From contig OZ024751.1 in the NCBI GenBank assembly GCA_964016885.1, forward strand, positions 48,298,001 to 48,362,000: a stretch of DNA of 64,000 nucleotides, given 5' to 3'. Under the pieces are notes generated by a model. The model did not search any database, had not been told where the DNA came from, and saw only the letters and a list, made by a program, of their open reading frames with translations. A program made the position numbers and the translations under genes. Positions 1-15,850 of the stretch are shown piece after piece. The DNA comes from Eledone cirrhosa (Eukaryota). How positions within the stretch are numbered: the first letter of the stretch is position 1; every line of letters begins with the position of its first letter.

Positions 1-332
1 AGCAGACAGTATTATTGATTTAGGTGTCACAGAAACCCTGTACTTGGATTTTACCATCAATTCCAATGGGTCCAGGTTAGTTATATATATATGTATATAT
101 ATATATATATATATATGTATGATTTTGTCATTTATTTTGTCTGACCTGTTTAGCTTGACTTGTTTTTTGGCTTAGGTGGTTAATGCCTTCTTGACCGTCT
201 TCTCAGTTTGTATGGCCTTTATAACGTATGTTTATAGCTCTGGTTTTTTAAACTATGGAGCGCTTGCCAGCATGACTCTGAATTTGCGTTACGTTTCGCT
301 TTTTCTACCCGCCGAAATGCGATTCTCGCTGA

Positions 333-379
<47 letters not shown>

Positions 380-484
380 GACATATACAGATCAAAGTGT
401 CAATCTCAATAGAAAGCAAGAAAGTAAGATGATGTGCTTAAAACAACAAGATCATAAAGCTTCGAACCAGTTTCTTATTATAAA

Positions 485-520
485 CTTGTGATGAAGGGCT
501 TCTAGTCCCGAAATATTAGG
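485..520 (+). ncRNA. Degenerate minimal hammerhead ribozyme-like motif (C3G, probably inactive)
   Basis: CTT-GTGATGA-A-GGGCT tct AGTCCC-GAAA-TAT-T-AGG. Layout matches Penelope-type minimal HHRs, but the first core base is G instead of C. Confidence 0.35.
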
Positions 521-651
521 ACAGGTGACACATTGATATCTTAGTGGCTTTAAATTTTTTCAAAAATTTACGCATTGCTTTGTCATATACTTCGAATAGC
601 ATACTGATTTACACATACACACATGCAGACAAACACCACACACATACACAC

Positions 652-895
<244 letters not shown>

Positions 896-999
896 CACAC
901 ATACACACATAAATGTATTGTGTCTTTGTAAATAATTTAACGTTTAGAAGGACTGTAATCATAAATCTTCTAGATGGAACTGACGTGGGTCTAATTTAC

Positions 1000-1087
1000 A
1001 CCACCACCACCACCACCACCACCACCACCACCACCACCACCACCACCACCACCACCACCACCACCACCACCACCACCACCACCACCA
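1000..1087. repeat. (CAC)n microsatellite
   Basis: Direct reading. Confidence 0.95.
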
Positions 1088-1429
1088 ACAACTTCTATCT
1101 TCCTGCAATTCTTCCTGTGGTCGGACGTAACGGAAGACTGGAATAGACATTCTGAGATTCAATCATCGCCTACCATCAAACTATATTGTCAACAGTTGAT
1201 ACTTCTGGTATAGATCATAATTAAATTAGAGTAGAAATGGGCACCTAATTATCATTGCCAATTAGAAATAAATGCTCAAACAAGAAAATAAACAGCTTTT
1301 TACAAAAAATAGTAAGTTAATTAATTTGTAATTAAGTAAGTATTGACAGATATTTTAACACCAATAAAAAATATAAACTACTTGTTTACTTACTATCTAC
1401 AAAGAAATCTAATGCGCGCGCGCGCGTGC

Positions 1430-1462
<33 letters not shown>

Positions 1463-1514
1463 TATATATATATATATATATAAATAATTGTGTTGTTATT
1501 TCTGTTTACCTTTT

Positions 1515-1590
<76 letters not shown>

Positions 1591-1645
1591 TTGTGTGTGT
1601 GTGTATGTATGTATATGTATATATGCACACACATATATATATACA

Positions 1646-1694
<49 letters not shown>

Positions 1695-2015
1695 AGACAC
1701 AGTGTACTGGTGTCTTGTTGTCACAGGAACAACTGTACCTGTGTAGAGAAGAACGTCTGTCTACCTCTTTCTCACTCTATCTCCCCTTCACCTCCCTATT
1801 TCTCTCATACATGTACATAAACACACACATATACACATACACATACTCATATACATACTCAGATATAAACAGACAGGCACACACACATACTGATACACAA
1901 ACCCGTACACATACACAGACACACAAGCAAGCACACATACACACATACACATACACAGTTACACATACACACATACAGACACACAAACAAGCACACATAG
2001 ACACACACACAAACG

Positions 2016-2180
2016 CATACTGATATACACATGGACACACACACAAACACATACTGATACACACATGGACACACACACAAACACATACTGATACACACAT
2101 GGACACACACACAAACACATACTGATACACACATGGACACACACACAAACACATACTGATACACACATGGACACACATAC
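2016..2180. repeat. 34-bp minisatellite, ~5 copies
   Basis: Unit CATACTGATACACACATGGACACACACACAAACA recurs at 2016, 2050 and onward. Confidence 0.85.
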
Positions 2181-2470
2181 ACATAATAATACACACATGG
2201 ATACACACACATACACATACACACACACAGACATATACACACATACACGCACACACATACGCACACACACATACACACACATACACATACATGAACACAC
2301 AACACATACACACACAACAATATGAATATAGATATATGACATCATTGTTAAAGTTTACTATCTTTCCATTACTCAGAATTAGTCGCCAGGCGGTGTCACG
2401 AAATGGTGTACCAACGATGAATTCTTTCAATATTTTATGATACATATATATTTATACGTGATGACGATGA

Positions 2471-2504
<34 letters not shown>

Positions 2505-2874
2505 GGTAGTGGTGGGTTTGGATCCTCCGTCGTTCTCGACGATAATCATTGGTACCAGACGAGACTACTCGTGTACTAACGCGCACACGTACACGCGCAA
2601 TCATTGCTGTGCCGCTGTAGAAAGTTCGGGGATAACCAGTTGCTTGAGTACTAATGACAGACTGTTCTGGAACAGTCTGTCATTAGAGTGCCACTGTAGA
2701 TGTTCTGAAGTAGCCATTTATTTGTGTGACATGTAGGAAGTTTGGCGGGATAGCCAGTCGTTTGGGTATTACTGTAGACAACCAATCATTGGGTACCACC
2801 GTAGACATTCATTGGGTGTCACTGTTGGGTCTCATTGTCGAAACTATTCTTTGGGAACCACTGTAGACAACTGT

Positions 2875-3125
2875 GAAGGCGCATGGCTTAATGGTTAGAA
2901 CATTGGGCTTGCAATCGAAAGGTTGTGAGTTCAATTCTCGGACCGGGTGATGTGTTGTTTCCTTGAGTTTAGACACTTTAATTTCACGTTGCTCCAGTTT
3001 ACTCAGCTGTAGAAATGAGATGATAGGACTGGGGTCCCTATCATTAAATCCCCCAATACACCTCCAACGAGATATACCTTGGAGGAGGCCAGCTAAACCT
3101 GTATAGGTGTGAGCTGTAACAACAA
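2875..3125 (+). mobile_element. tRNA-derived CORE-type SINE with (AAC)n tail
   Basis: A-box-like TGGCTTAATGG, B-box GAGTTCAATTC, CORE-like CCTTGAG..ACACTTTAATTTCACGTTGCTCCAG, (AAC)n tail, and flanking ACAACTGT duplication. Confidence 0.75.
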
Positions 3126-3184
3126 CAACTGTAGACGACCACTCATTGGGTGTCACAGTAGACAACCATTCGTTGGGGGCCACT

Positions 3185-3420
3185 CAAGACATGTTCTCAG
3201 TCAGCTGTCATCACCATTGGTTTCTCCTATCCGTCATTCACAGAAATGACACATTGTTGTGACTTGTCCCAATCCTTAATATTATCGGGCCTGGATTTTC
3301 TTTGTCTGTCTTTTCTGCGCCCCCAAAATCCTAACTCTTCAACTGTCCCCCGAAGAATATTTTTGGACAGGGAGCTGTGGTGGTTTTCATGACTGTACCT
3401 GGGGAGCTTTCATCTTTAAC
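3185..3420 (-). pseudogene. RTE-clade LINE 3' coding remnant
   Basis: Minus strand reads HSSLSKNILRGTVE...GRRKDRQRKSRPDNIKDW, resembling the RTE C-terminal LSKTILQGTxEGxRRRGRQRKxWxDNIKEW motif. Confidence 0.6.
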
Positions 3421-4179
3421 CGTCGTAAAACGTATAACGTAATATATTTACATGTGTGATGTCATTTTTTCTCATTCAATGCCAGAAAAAGACATTGCGA
3501 ATGAGAGATGTCATTTGCCTGAACCGACCAGCGACATCATTTTTACCAACTTTATTATTTTTCTTATCTGTCTAGTCTCTATTGATTTATTTTCTTTTTC
3601 TTTACTTTTATTTTATTATTCTTTTTCTCTTGAATATTTTTTTAATTTTTATTTTTATTTTATTTTTTTTATTTATTATTTTTGTTGGTAAATGACAAAT
3701 TATGTTATGAAATACTCGTTTGTCTCAAGGCGGCTGGGATAACTTCCTTTCTGTTCTGTATAAATGAATTTCCCTCATAAATTTATAATGGACTTCCAGC
3801 AAGTTAATTAGTCTAAAGAATCTTTTATGTAAAAGCTAGCTACACTATAGTTTTCTGACTTTTCTAGTTATTTGTGTATAGTTTTCTTTCTTGTTGGTCT
3901 AAAGTTCTCAGTTTTGTATATTTTCTTAACGGTTATCTATGACTAGGTAAGAGAAGTCAAGCAAGGCCAAGTCAAGCCAAGCCAAGCCAACAAACAGATT
4001 AGCCACTGTAGGTAGCTCATCAGGGGTACTAGACCTGCTAGAAATAGCAACACAGGTAAATATTTTCTCCAGTCACACCTTACAGTCTTATAAGCTAAAT
4101 ATAGAAGGATGCAGCTTCTACCTGTTTCAAAGATGAACATTCAGGTATTTGATTAACTCAACGCCAAACTCACAAATTA

Positions 4180-4360
4180 ACTTGTTGAGTATTTAACAGA
4201 ACAGACACGTGTACCTGGGGTTATAGTAAATATACTTTCCGTCTCCAACTGATCCAGCTGGACCCCCAAGCAAGACATGAAAGATATTATCCAACCATCT
4301 TGCTCGGGCCTACCCATGGGTTTCCTGCCTGTTGGTTTTGCCCGGAAATAAGGACACATT
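4180..4360 (-). pseudogene. RTE-clade LINE C-terminal remnant
   Basis: AKPTGRKPMGRP resembles the RTE GxRPxGRPxxRW motif. Frameshifted. Confidence 0.45.
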
Positions 4361-4939
4361 CAGCAATTTAATCCTAGTTATGCAATACAACTAGCAGTCA
4401 GAGTCAAGGCTAGAAAACGTTTTATCATATGAGTGCTCAATCGGAGCTGACCTAGGGCTAAACAAACAACTACACAACACGAAACATTCCATCTATTTAC
4501 CTGTAGCTTACATATTATCACATTCTATAGGAAACATCACGTGATGATTTATTTGAAGATGAAAGGAGATAATTTTTTTTTTCAGTTTCGTATGCATAAG
4601 TATATGTAATCCTGTGTGTGTTTATGTTTATGCGTGCATATATGTATGTGTCTAGTTTTATGCTCACATGTGTATGTGCATATCTGTGTACAATTTTGTA
4701 TATACCTATGTGTTTGCAATTGTGTGTGTGTCTTTGTTTGTTGGTCTATGTACATATTTAAATGTGCGTTTCTGTGTATGTATATAAATGCCTATATATA
4801 TTATATATATATATATACATGTATACAAGTGCATCCAAATACGCACATACTCGTATATGTATGTTCATGTGTGTGTGTGTATGTGTGTGACTGATTGCAT
4901 GGTTATGCGTTTATACCGATATATGAATGCATGCATGTG

Positions 4940-4986
<47 letters not shown>

Positions 4987-5772
4987 GTATATATATATAT
5001 ATGTATATGTCCCTGGGTGTCTTTCGAATTGTGTGTCTTTTACTATCCATTTCCCTCTCTTCTATTCAGCTTCTCTCCCTCACCTCTTCCCTCTCATTTT
5101 CTCTCTTCCTCATTTTTTTCGCTCCTCTCTCGTATCTCTCTTTCCTATCCTCCTCTCCCTTCTTTTCTCTATCTCCTCTCCCCCTTTTTCTTTCTCCCCC
5201 TCTCTCTCCTCTCTCCTCTCTCCTTTTCTCTTTCGTTCTCTCCTCTCCTCTCCACTTCTCTCTCTCCTCTCTCCTTTACTCTCCCATTTCCCCTTTTCTT
5301 TCTCCGCCCTCTCTCTCATCTCTCCTTTTTCTTTCACTCCTCTCTCTCCCCTCCCCTTTCTCCCCGCCTCTGCCTCTCTGCCAGAGTAACCACCATTTTG
5401 TATTCAATCCTTCACATAGCTCCATGTCGTATGTATCAATTTAATTCTAAACAAACACGCACAACAAACAAACAAACGAACAAACAAACACAACAAACAA
5501 ACACACACAAATCAATGTAAATACTCGGAGTATTTACGTCACATTTCTTCCCCAGAGAAAGTTTAGGATTTCAGGATTTCCATCTAAACATATTCCAGCC
5601 AGGTTTTCAGATAAATGGTGTTCCGTTCCAATAAATGTTTCTTTATTTCTACATTACTTGAAATGATGCGAAGATTAACGTAGAAAACAACAACAACAAC
5701 AATAACAACAGTAAAATCAAACGAACAAAACAAACAAGAACTACAAGAAAAAACAAACTAGTGCATGTGTGC

Positions 5773-5775
<3 letters not shown>

Positions 5776-5847
<72 letters not shown>

Positions 5848-5910
5848 TATATATATATATAAGTATATATATATATAAGTATATATATATATAAGTATAT
5901 ATATATATAA

Positions 5911-5967
<57 letters not shown>

Positions 5968-6013
5968 TAAAATCTATGTATGTATATATATATATATATG
6001 CATAAAATCTATG

Positions 6014-6072
<59 letters not shown>

Positions 6073-6157
6073 ATATATATATATGTATATAGATATATAC
6101 AATAAATATATATATATATATACATATACTGTAAATACATATATACGTATATATATG

Positions 6158-6235
<78 letters not shown>

Positions 6236-6274
6236 TATATATGTATGTATTCATATAGATTCACACGCATGTGC

Positions 6275-6343
<69 letters not shown>

Positions 6344-6476
6344 ACATACACAGACACACGTTTATATAAAGAGAGAAAGAAAGTTAAAAGGGAGATGAGA
6401 GATATTCTCGTATCAATGGCGAAATTTTTCATATATATACACACACACATACACACACACACACACATATATATAT

Positions 6477-6541
<65 letters not shown>

Positions 6542-6562
6542 TGTATGTATATATATATATAT
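5776..6562. repeat. Compound (TA)n microsatellite block
   Basis: Direct reading. Similar blocks lie at 10145-10478, 23100-23520, 25735-26400, 28436-28970, 42940-43357, 53931-54180 and elsewhere. Confidence 0.95.
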
Positions 6563-6599
6563 TATGTAGAATTTTATCGTGTTTTGACTTGACTTTATG

Positions 6600-6634
6600 C
6601 ATGTTGTTGTTGTTGTTGATGTTGATGTTGTTGC

Positions 6635-6675
<41 letters not shown>

Positions 6676-6676
6676 G

Positions 6677-6751
<75 letters not shown>

Positions 6752-7757
6752 CGGTGTTGTTGTATTGATGATGCTGCTGTTGTTGTTGTTGATGTTGTTG
6801 CTATTGTTGTTGTTGTTGATGTTGTTGTTGTCGGTGCAGCTGTTGATGTTGTTGTTGTTGTATTGATGGTGTTGCTGTGGTTGTTGTTGCTGTTGTTGTT
6901 GTTGTAGATGTTGTTGTTGTTGTTGTTGTTGGTGTTGTATTGATGGTGTTGCTGTTGTTGCTGTTGTTGTTGTTGTTGTTGGTGTTGGTGTTGTTGTTGC
7001 TGTTGGTGTTCGTGTTGTTGTTGCTATCGTTGTTATTGTATTCTTTTTGGTATTATTATTATTATTAAAATCCTCCTCTTCCTCATCATCACCATCATCA
7101 CCATCATCATTTTCTTCATCTATCCCCCCCCCCCCGCTTCTCCTGGTCTTGCTCCCCCTGGTCATCTCCCTCCCTCTCCTCCTCGTCGCCGCCGCTTCTT
7201 CTTCTTCTTCTTCTTCTTCTTCTTCTTCTTCTTCTTCTTCTTCTTCTTCTTCTTCTTCTTCTTCGCCATTCATTCATCACGTGTCGTTGTGTTCTCACTT
7301 CTTTTTCTTCTATCCGCTTTATTCATCTTTTTTGTATCCTCCTCCTCCTCCTCCTCCTCCTCCCCCTCCTCCTCCTCCTCCTCCTCCTCCTCCCCCTCCT
7401 CCTCCTCCTCCTCCTCCTCCTCCTCATCATCATCATCATCAATCACCACCATCATCATCATCATCATGATCAGCGCACTCATCATCATCATCATCATCAT
7501 CATCATCACCATCATCCTCATCATCACCACTATCATGATCATGATCATCACCATCACCATCACCATTGCCACCACCGCCACCATCATCATTATCATCATC
7601 ATCATCATCAGCGTCATCATCATCATCACCATCACCACCACCGCCACCATCATCATCATCATTATCATCATCATCATCATCAGCGTCATCATCATCATCA
7701 CCATCACCATCACCATCACCATCACCGCCACCATCATCATTATCATCATCATCATCT
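6600..7757. repeat. Compound trinucleotide array (GTT)n/(TTC)n/(TCC)n/(ATC)n
   Basis: Direct reading. Confidence 0.95.
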
Positions 7758-8334
7758 CCAACTTCCACCTATGTTCCCACTCTCCTTTAGTTTGTTTCTA
7801 CCTCTGCCCTCGTCCGTTCTCCAGCCCCCCCCCCCTCCGCCATAACCCACCCCCACCATATTTTGATATCCAATTTGTTGTTATCGAGATCAATTATGGA
7901 GGTGGTGTCAACTCAATTCTACCCCCTCCTACCTCTCTCCCTCCCACCCTCTCTCTCCCCACCCTCTCTCTCCCTATCCCTCTCTTGTTAACAGCAAAAA
8001 AAAAATGAAATTCAGCAACTAAGAAAAAAAAACGCCCCCCCCCCCCCCAAAAAAAAAACAAAACAAAAAAAAAACAAAAAAAAAACAAACAAACAAACAA
8101 ACAAACAAACAAAAATAGCCGAAACAAAATAATAATGAATTTAAAAAAATTCAAAACGTTAAAATAAAAATAAGATGAAATATACAAACACACACATACA
8201 CAGACACATAAACACACACATACACACAGACACAGACACACAGACACAGACACACACACAGACACATAAACACACACATATACATATATATGTATATATA
8301 TATACATATATATATGCATATATCTATTTATGTT

Positions 8335-8368
<34 letters not shown>

Positions 8369-8376
8369 TGTTTGTA

Positions 8377-8417
<41 letters not shown>

Positions 8418-8441
8418 CAAGGTATATGCCTGCATATGTGC

Positions 8442-8513
<72 letters not shown>

Positions 8514-9539
8514 TAATATATATATATATGTATATATGTATTTATATACATATATATATAACATGTATACACACATACATATTATACATAGTCAAAAACA
8601 AAAAAGGACACCAGTGCATTACACCCCCCTCCAAATATATAAATAGATCGATATGTAATTAAAAAATTATATTTAAAATCAAATTAACATAAAAGAATGT
8701 TAGCAAATATAATTTGAAAAATATTAATTAAAATAATTAGTAGAAATAAAAATTGATTTTTAAACTGGCACAAAATGCAGAAAGAGTGTGAGGGGCATAA
8801 TTTAATCCCCCCCCATCTTCTCTTCCCCCGCAGAACATACTGGTACATTATTTCATTGAATAAAATTGAATGAAATAAAAATGAACAAAATGCCCAGCAT
8901 ACATCGGCAAATAATTAAAAAATTATATTTGATAAATTAATAATGATGAAACTAAAAAAAATTTATACAAAATATATCCAAAAATAATTAGTGAAAGTAA
9001 TATTGAAAGCTAACATAAGCAGAATGCCTCGCATTTGGTGGAGGAGAGGAAGAGAGGAGGAGAGGCGTATAGTCGACAAAAATATGCCAAGTATTTGACT
9101 GGTACTTTATATTATCGACCTTATCGCTTGGAAAGATAAAATGTATGTTAACCCTGGTTGAGCTCGAACTAGGATCATAACGTGCTTTAACTATATATTG
9201 CAAAGTTCTCCATATTTTCCTCCTTTACTGACATAATATTGATTTCTAAGACAATGTACTTGATTCCCAGTATGTAATTGTCACTTATTTTAACAGGTCA
9301 TTTACCTCGGCTCGGAGACTCCAAATGGAATAGGACAGGAATGCGGAAACTCCCTGTCTCTTCAACTAAAGGAGTGTATGTGATGAGTAAACCTTCATTT
9401 GAAAGTCATTGACTGTAATTCCGTATAACTCCTGAGGATATCATCAACTGGAGTAAGGGACAGCCTAGAAACCGCTTCCATAGAAAGGCAGGAAACCTTC
9501 AGGGGACAATTGTTTTGATTTCAGCAGTTACATGTGGCT

Positions 9540-10000
9540 ATCTCGCATATAACATGTGTGCGACTAGTTTTAAAAGTATTCTCGGTTAACCTTTTTATGT
9601 CTTTAGCGAGGTCTCTTGTATTTTATATCTGCTCTGTATAATATAACTTTTAACAGAAATAATTTATTTCGTGTCCTTACAGTTTACATTCTAATTTTTT
9701 GGTTGTTCAGTGGTATTCATGGATTCTCTGTTATGTTGTGTTTATAAATGCACAATTTTACATTACCGAGACATAATAGGATTTTTGTAAGGATTTTCTT
9801 ATATCACTGTCAATCGGAAAATCGTTTACTAATCAATGTTAAAAAAATCGTAGCCACATTTGAAGATACAGCTAAATTATGTAGAGGATTACACGAAGAA
9901 AAGTCTTCTCTTCTGCGTTTCATATCATTTGATATCAATAGCTTTGAGTATTTCAGCTTGTTAGCTCTTACTGAATTGGCAGTGGCTTTCACGACGCATA
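9540..10000 (-). pseudogene. Old degenerate Penelope-like element fragment (RT C-terminus to GIY-YIG)
   Basis: KRRREDFSSCNPLHNLAVSSNVATIFLTLISKRFS resembles PLE RKRxIIWFNPPxSxNVxTxxGxxFLxLIxKHFP. Downstream broken frames give C(N)CKDTK, VILYRADI and GLTENTFKT (GIY-YIG region). Confidence 0.55.
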
Positions 10001-10141
10001 TTTATATTCCAAAACAGTGTCTCATGTTGAAACATTCACATTGATGTAGTTCTCAGCAATATTTCTTTTTATTTAACACAATAGAACACCGTACAATAGA
10101 ACAGAATACAATATAATCCGATGCAGTATATAGTATATAAT

Positions 10142-10478
<337 letters not shown>

Positions 10479-10480
<2 letters not shown>

Positions 10481-11804
10481 AAGGCGGGTAAAATTCCCGA
10501 GATCCATGGACGAGTTCTCTCCAGCGGTCTCTGTCCCTCATTATCGCTGCCATATCCTGCATCGCCAACAGACCAGTGTCTGTCCTTAGGGCATCAACAT
10601 ATGTTAACCTTGGTCTTCCTCTTCTAGTGTGTCCATGTAGGGGCTCCCAAAGGAGCACTGAGTGCAATGTCAACTCTGGATGTCGGTGAGCATGTCCAGC
10701 CAACCTCAGTCTCCTCTGTGTCACTTTTGAGCTGACTTTTGGGATGCTCCCATACAGCTCTGAGTTTTTCATCCTCAGTGTATACTGATTAATGTTCAGA
10801 GCCATCCTCAGCATTCTCGTGTAGCACCCATCCACCATCTGAGTGAGTCTCTTGGTCAGTGTCCAAGTCTCAGACCCATACAGCAGCACAGACTCCACTA
10901 CAGCAATGAAGAGGCGGATTTTCAGGTCTCTACGAAGGTCCGACTTCCACACCGATCTCAAGCTGTGACACGCCGCCCAGGCCTTGCTCTTCCTCCCAAC
11001 CACATCATCTTCCGTATTCCCAATCTTTGCTCCCAAATACAGGAATTCCTCAACCAATTCCAGCGGCTTCCCGCCTACATTAGTGATCCCCTCTGGCTTC
11101 TCAACATTCTCCACCAGATATTTTGTTTTAGTCTCATTCATTCTCAGCCCCACACTCATCGACACAGTCTCAACCTCCCGCATCAAATCCTCTGCCTCCT
11201 TCACTGTATTTGTCACCAAAACTATGTCGTCGGCAAATTCAGCATCCGATACCTTTTTCGCCCCAACTCTCCTGCTCTGAGCCGGTGCTACAGTAAAGCC
11301 AGTGTCCTGGTATTTCTCCAGTGCAAGGCGCATACAATAGTCCACTACGATGATAAAAAGGTAGGGAGCCAATGTATCTCCCTGGAGCACTCCAGCCAGT
11401 ATCTCAAAGAACTCTGTCATCCCATCAGGTGTAATGACTTGGGCTTTGGTGTTGGTGTAGAGCAGTGATATCAGGTCCACTATCCTCTTGGGGATTCCAT
11501 AAGCCTGTAAGATCTTCATCAGGCAGTAACGGTCCACAGAATCAAAGGCCTTCCTAAAGTCAATGAAAACCATGACCGCAGGAAGGCACTTTGCTCTAGC
11601 TCCCTCTAATATCCTCCTCAGCATCAGGATGTGACTGGTGGTTGATCTACCCTCTCTGAAGCCGTTCTGATTGTCCCTGAGCTTCTTCTCCATCTCAGGC
11701 TGGATCCTGTTAAGAATCATCCTGTTGAGGGTCTTTGCCACAAGTGACGTCAGTGAGATCCCCCGGTAGTTGTTGGTGTCAGAGAGATCTCCCTTCTTTG
11801 GCAC
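10479..11804 (-). CDS. RTE-clade non-LTR retrotransposon reverse transcriptase, 5'-truncated, uninterrupted ~440 codons
   Basis: [67 protein letters not shown]. The annotated Met comes from flanking (TA)n. Confidence 0.93.
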
Positions 11805-11865
11805 TATATATATATACATATATACTTGTATATATAGTTAATAAATGAAACAAACAAAGCAGGAG

Positions 11866-11943
<78 letters not shown>

Positions 11944-12338
11944 AGATCAAAAGATGGTTAAAAGAGTTCCAAGTATCTTTTGATCTTATATTATTTATAC
12001 TCCAGTCCTACAAACTGTAGAGTGCTACTTAACCGATATTTGCATTGCTTTATTGTGCTACAATAAAACTCACCTCCTACACATACACACACACATATAT
12101 ATATATATATATAATATATGACATCCAAACGATACCAAGAAATATGCTGAGTTGGAAAATAAGAGATTGGCAAACAAATATTTTATGCTGGGGTTATCAA
12201 AACATATCATTTTAAAATAGAGAGAAGGTTGAGCTATAGAAAGTTCAAATATTGCGGCCATTACAATCATATATACACACATATACACATACACACACAC
12301 ATATATATATATATATGTACACTTAAGTACACAGGAAT

Positions 12339-12370
<32 letters not shown>

Positions 12371-12384
12371 ACACACACACACAC

Positions 12385-12582
<198 letters not shown>

Positions 12583-13468
12583 GCAAGCATATTGTATTGT
12601 ATAAAGAAACATTGTATATTCAATGTCTCAAAGGTCACTATTTCGTATACCAGTAAGTCCTTATTGTTGTTGTTGTTGTTGTTATTCTTCTTCTTCTTCT
12701 TCTTCTTCTTCTTCTTCTTCTTCTTCTTCTTCTTCTTCTTCTTCTTCTTCTTCTTCTACCTAACGATCTATTAGTACTAACAAAGACTTCTAACATAAGT
12801 CCCGACCATCCAGATCTATTGGGAGGAGATAAAAGTGATTTAAAAAAAAAAATTTTAAATCGAAATCTGTTTTTGACTGATATGTATGTTATGGACAATT
12901 GGAGGGTGGAAGAAAAAAATCGATCTCCGTGAGATTTGAACTTACAAATAATTTTGGTAGAAGCTCCATCGATTTTTTCCAATAATAATAAAAAATATAT
13001 ATAAACAAAATAATATTTCATAAATCCAATAGAAAAAAATAATTTCGTAAAAAATTGGCTGTCAGAAAACCTAAAACAAGATGGCGTCTATTATATTGAT
13101 GATTTGTTTATTCTATGTCGGTATGATGTTGACTCTTCTTTCTTGTTAATTTTAATATTTTGTATTTCAACTTTCAATTTTGTATATCAATTTTCACATT
13201 GTTTACAGAGTTGCTAGTCAACTTGATTATATTATTTTGGGAGTTAAAAAAAAAGGAAAGAAACCGATTGTTAGATCAGACCAAAGAAATAACATTTCAA
13301 TTTGTAGTTCCATTGCAGACGATAAGTTTTATTCACAATAGTTTAATTCTTACTCTCCAGTCACCACTACGCTTGACTGTGTTCAAAATTGAGGGTCATA
13401 TCTCTCAAAGAATACATTATAGTTCCATTGCAGACGATAAGTTTCACTCACAATAGTTTAATTCACAC

Positions 13469-13675
13469 CAGGCATGCCAAACTGAGGTGTCCTCCGAGGG
13501 CCACATAGATCACTTATGAGTTGTCTGAGGGCCGCCCATAACAATTAATTGCGCACATTACAACTAATATTTTTTCATTATATATTACGCTCCGTTGTAA
13601 AAGCCTTTGTGCGGGCCGCAGGTGTGCTTGTAAAGGGACGCATACGGCCTGCGGGCCAGATTTTTGACATGCTTG
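13469..13675. mobile_element. hAT (Charlie-like) MITE
   Basis: TIRs CAGGCATGCCAAA ... TTTGACATGCTTG, internal GGGCCGCA/GCGGGCC subterminal motifs, and imperfect flanks ATTCACAC / CATTACAC. Confidence 0.7.
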
Positions 13676-13957
13676 CATTACACTATGTTTCTATGTTGAA
13701 AATGTAGCAATTTCAAGCGTAGAAAGTAACTGTAAACACAGTCAATTGCTATAAATAATAGCGCTGGCAAATCGGGTAGAAACATGTATAGACGGAAGAA
13801 AATTGATTGGTACGTGATTCTTCGTAGCGGATGCTGGCTACATGTTTCCATCTATAGGGGTTTTATTCGATTTTTTAAGCTATTATTTAAACATTTCAAT
13901 CAACTCAATGGTTCGATAGTTTATTTTCGAAACACTATATTTTGTATTAGATAAGTA

Positions 13958-13993
<36 letters not shown>

Positions 13994-14145
13994 AACCACG
14001 ACCACCATCATCGTCATCATCATCGTCATCATCATCATCACCACCAATATCATCATCATCATCATCATCATCATCGCGTCATCATCATCATAATCCTCAT
14101 CATCATCAACGTGTCATCATCATCATCATCATCATCATCATCGCG

Positions 14146-14231
<86 letters not shown>

Positions 14232-14247
14232 GTCATCATCGTCATCA
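13958..14247. repeat. (ATC)n microsatellite
   Basis: Direct reading. Confidence 0.95.
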
Positions 14248-14521
14248 TAAGAAAATCGGAAAATTTCATGGCACATATTTGTGGTGACACAAAACAAAAC
14301 ATACACACATATATACCCATGTAGTCATACACGCCTATGTATACAAACATATATATACACATATATCCATACATATATACACTAGTATGCAGACATGTAA
14401 ACACACATATGATCACATGCCTAGATGTATAGACGTACATACACAATTATAAACAAACATGTATGCACACTTACACACATACACACATACACACATTCAC
14501 ATTATTATACATACATATATA

Positions 14522-14715
14522 GGGTGGTGGATTGTCAGTATCGGTAGAGGGTCAGACGCCCTGCTTTGTAGCATAGAGTTGCCCCTTTTACGGTCTGATT
14601 TCAAATCCCGCCGAGGTTAACTTTGAATTTCATCCTCACGGGGTCAATAAAATAAAGTACCAGTAATACACTGGGATAATTGCTGGCCTTGTGCCAAAAG
14701 TAGAAACAATTATTA
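14522..14715 (+). mobile_element. tRNA-derived SINE (window family A)
   Basis: A-box-like head, TTCAAATCCCGCCGAGG B-box region, central TTTCATCC..GGGGTC.ATAAAATAAAGTACCAG, and tail CTGGCCTTGTGCC..GTAGAAAC. Confidence 0.85.
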
Positions 14716-14891
14716 TACACACATATATATATATACACACACACACATACACACGCACAAACACACACATACACACGCACCCGCACACACACAGGCACGC
14801 GCGTGTACAAACACACACGCACACACGTACACACACACACGTACACACACACACACACATAAACACACGCACCCGCACATACACACGCACC

Positions 14892-14956
<65 letters not shown>

Positions 14957-15354
14957 CCACGCTCTTCCTTCCAGATCAAATGAAAAAACAAAAACTGAAA
15001 GACTTAATTAGTCGTTAAATTATATGCGAGATCGAAATCATAACCAATTATTATGAATACAATCACAGATCGATGACAATGAGCTCTGTAATATTGGTTT
15101 TAATCAAACAAATTCGATATAATGACCCCCCCTCTTTTACATAGAAATGAGGAGGAGGAGGAGGAGGTATTTTTTCGACTGTTAATGACAGATGAAGATA
15201 TGTTAGTGTGTATCTGTGTATGTAATACTGTGTATGTGTGTATGTGTGTATTTATATGTATGTATGTCAGTATATGTGTATTTAGATGTTTGTATGTGAG
15301 TATGTGTATATTTATATCTATGTATGTCAAAGACACACACACACACATGTACAC

Positions 15355-15451
<97 letters not shown>

Positions 15452-15662
15452 CATGTTGAATTTTATATATATATATATATATATTTACACACACATGTAT
15501 ATATATATATATATACATACATAAAATTGAACATGTAAACAACTATGTAAAGGCAAAGATACAATAACTATATAAATAGTTAAATAAAGGGGATATTAAT
15601 CAACGGGAAGAATTATATTGGAATAATTAAACGGACAAACTGTTGCCTTTATGTTTTAATAA

Positions 15663-15850
15663 CTGTTTCTACTTTAGGCACAAGGCCAGCAATTACCCAG
15701 TGCATTACTGGTACTTTATTTTATCGAATCCGTAAGGATGAAAGGCAAAGTTAACCTCGGCGGGATTTGATCTCAGAATGGCAAGGGCCGTAACTCTATG
15801 CGCCAAAGCATGGCATCCGATACTCTACCAATACTGCCAATCCACCGCCT
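15663..15850 (-). mobile_element. tRNA-derived SINE family A with TSD
   Basis: Same family. TTTATGTTTTAATAA is duplicated on both sides. Further decayed copies lie at ~15995-16320. Confidence 0.88.

Noticed and set aside
2875-2945. tRNA genes at SINE heads
   Set aside because: A/B boxes are present, but there is no cloverleaf and each continues into a SINE body.
11937-11993. 19-bp inverted repeat beside (TA)n as a terminator
   Set aside because: Eukaryotic context. More likely another tiny fold-back stub, but too short to assign.
13304-13464. ~45-bp direct repeats separated by ~70 bp
   Set aside because: Only two copies. A local duplication with no further structure.
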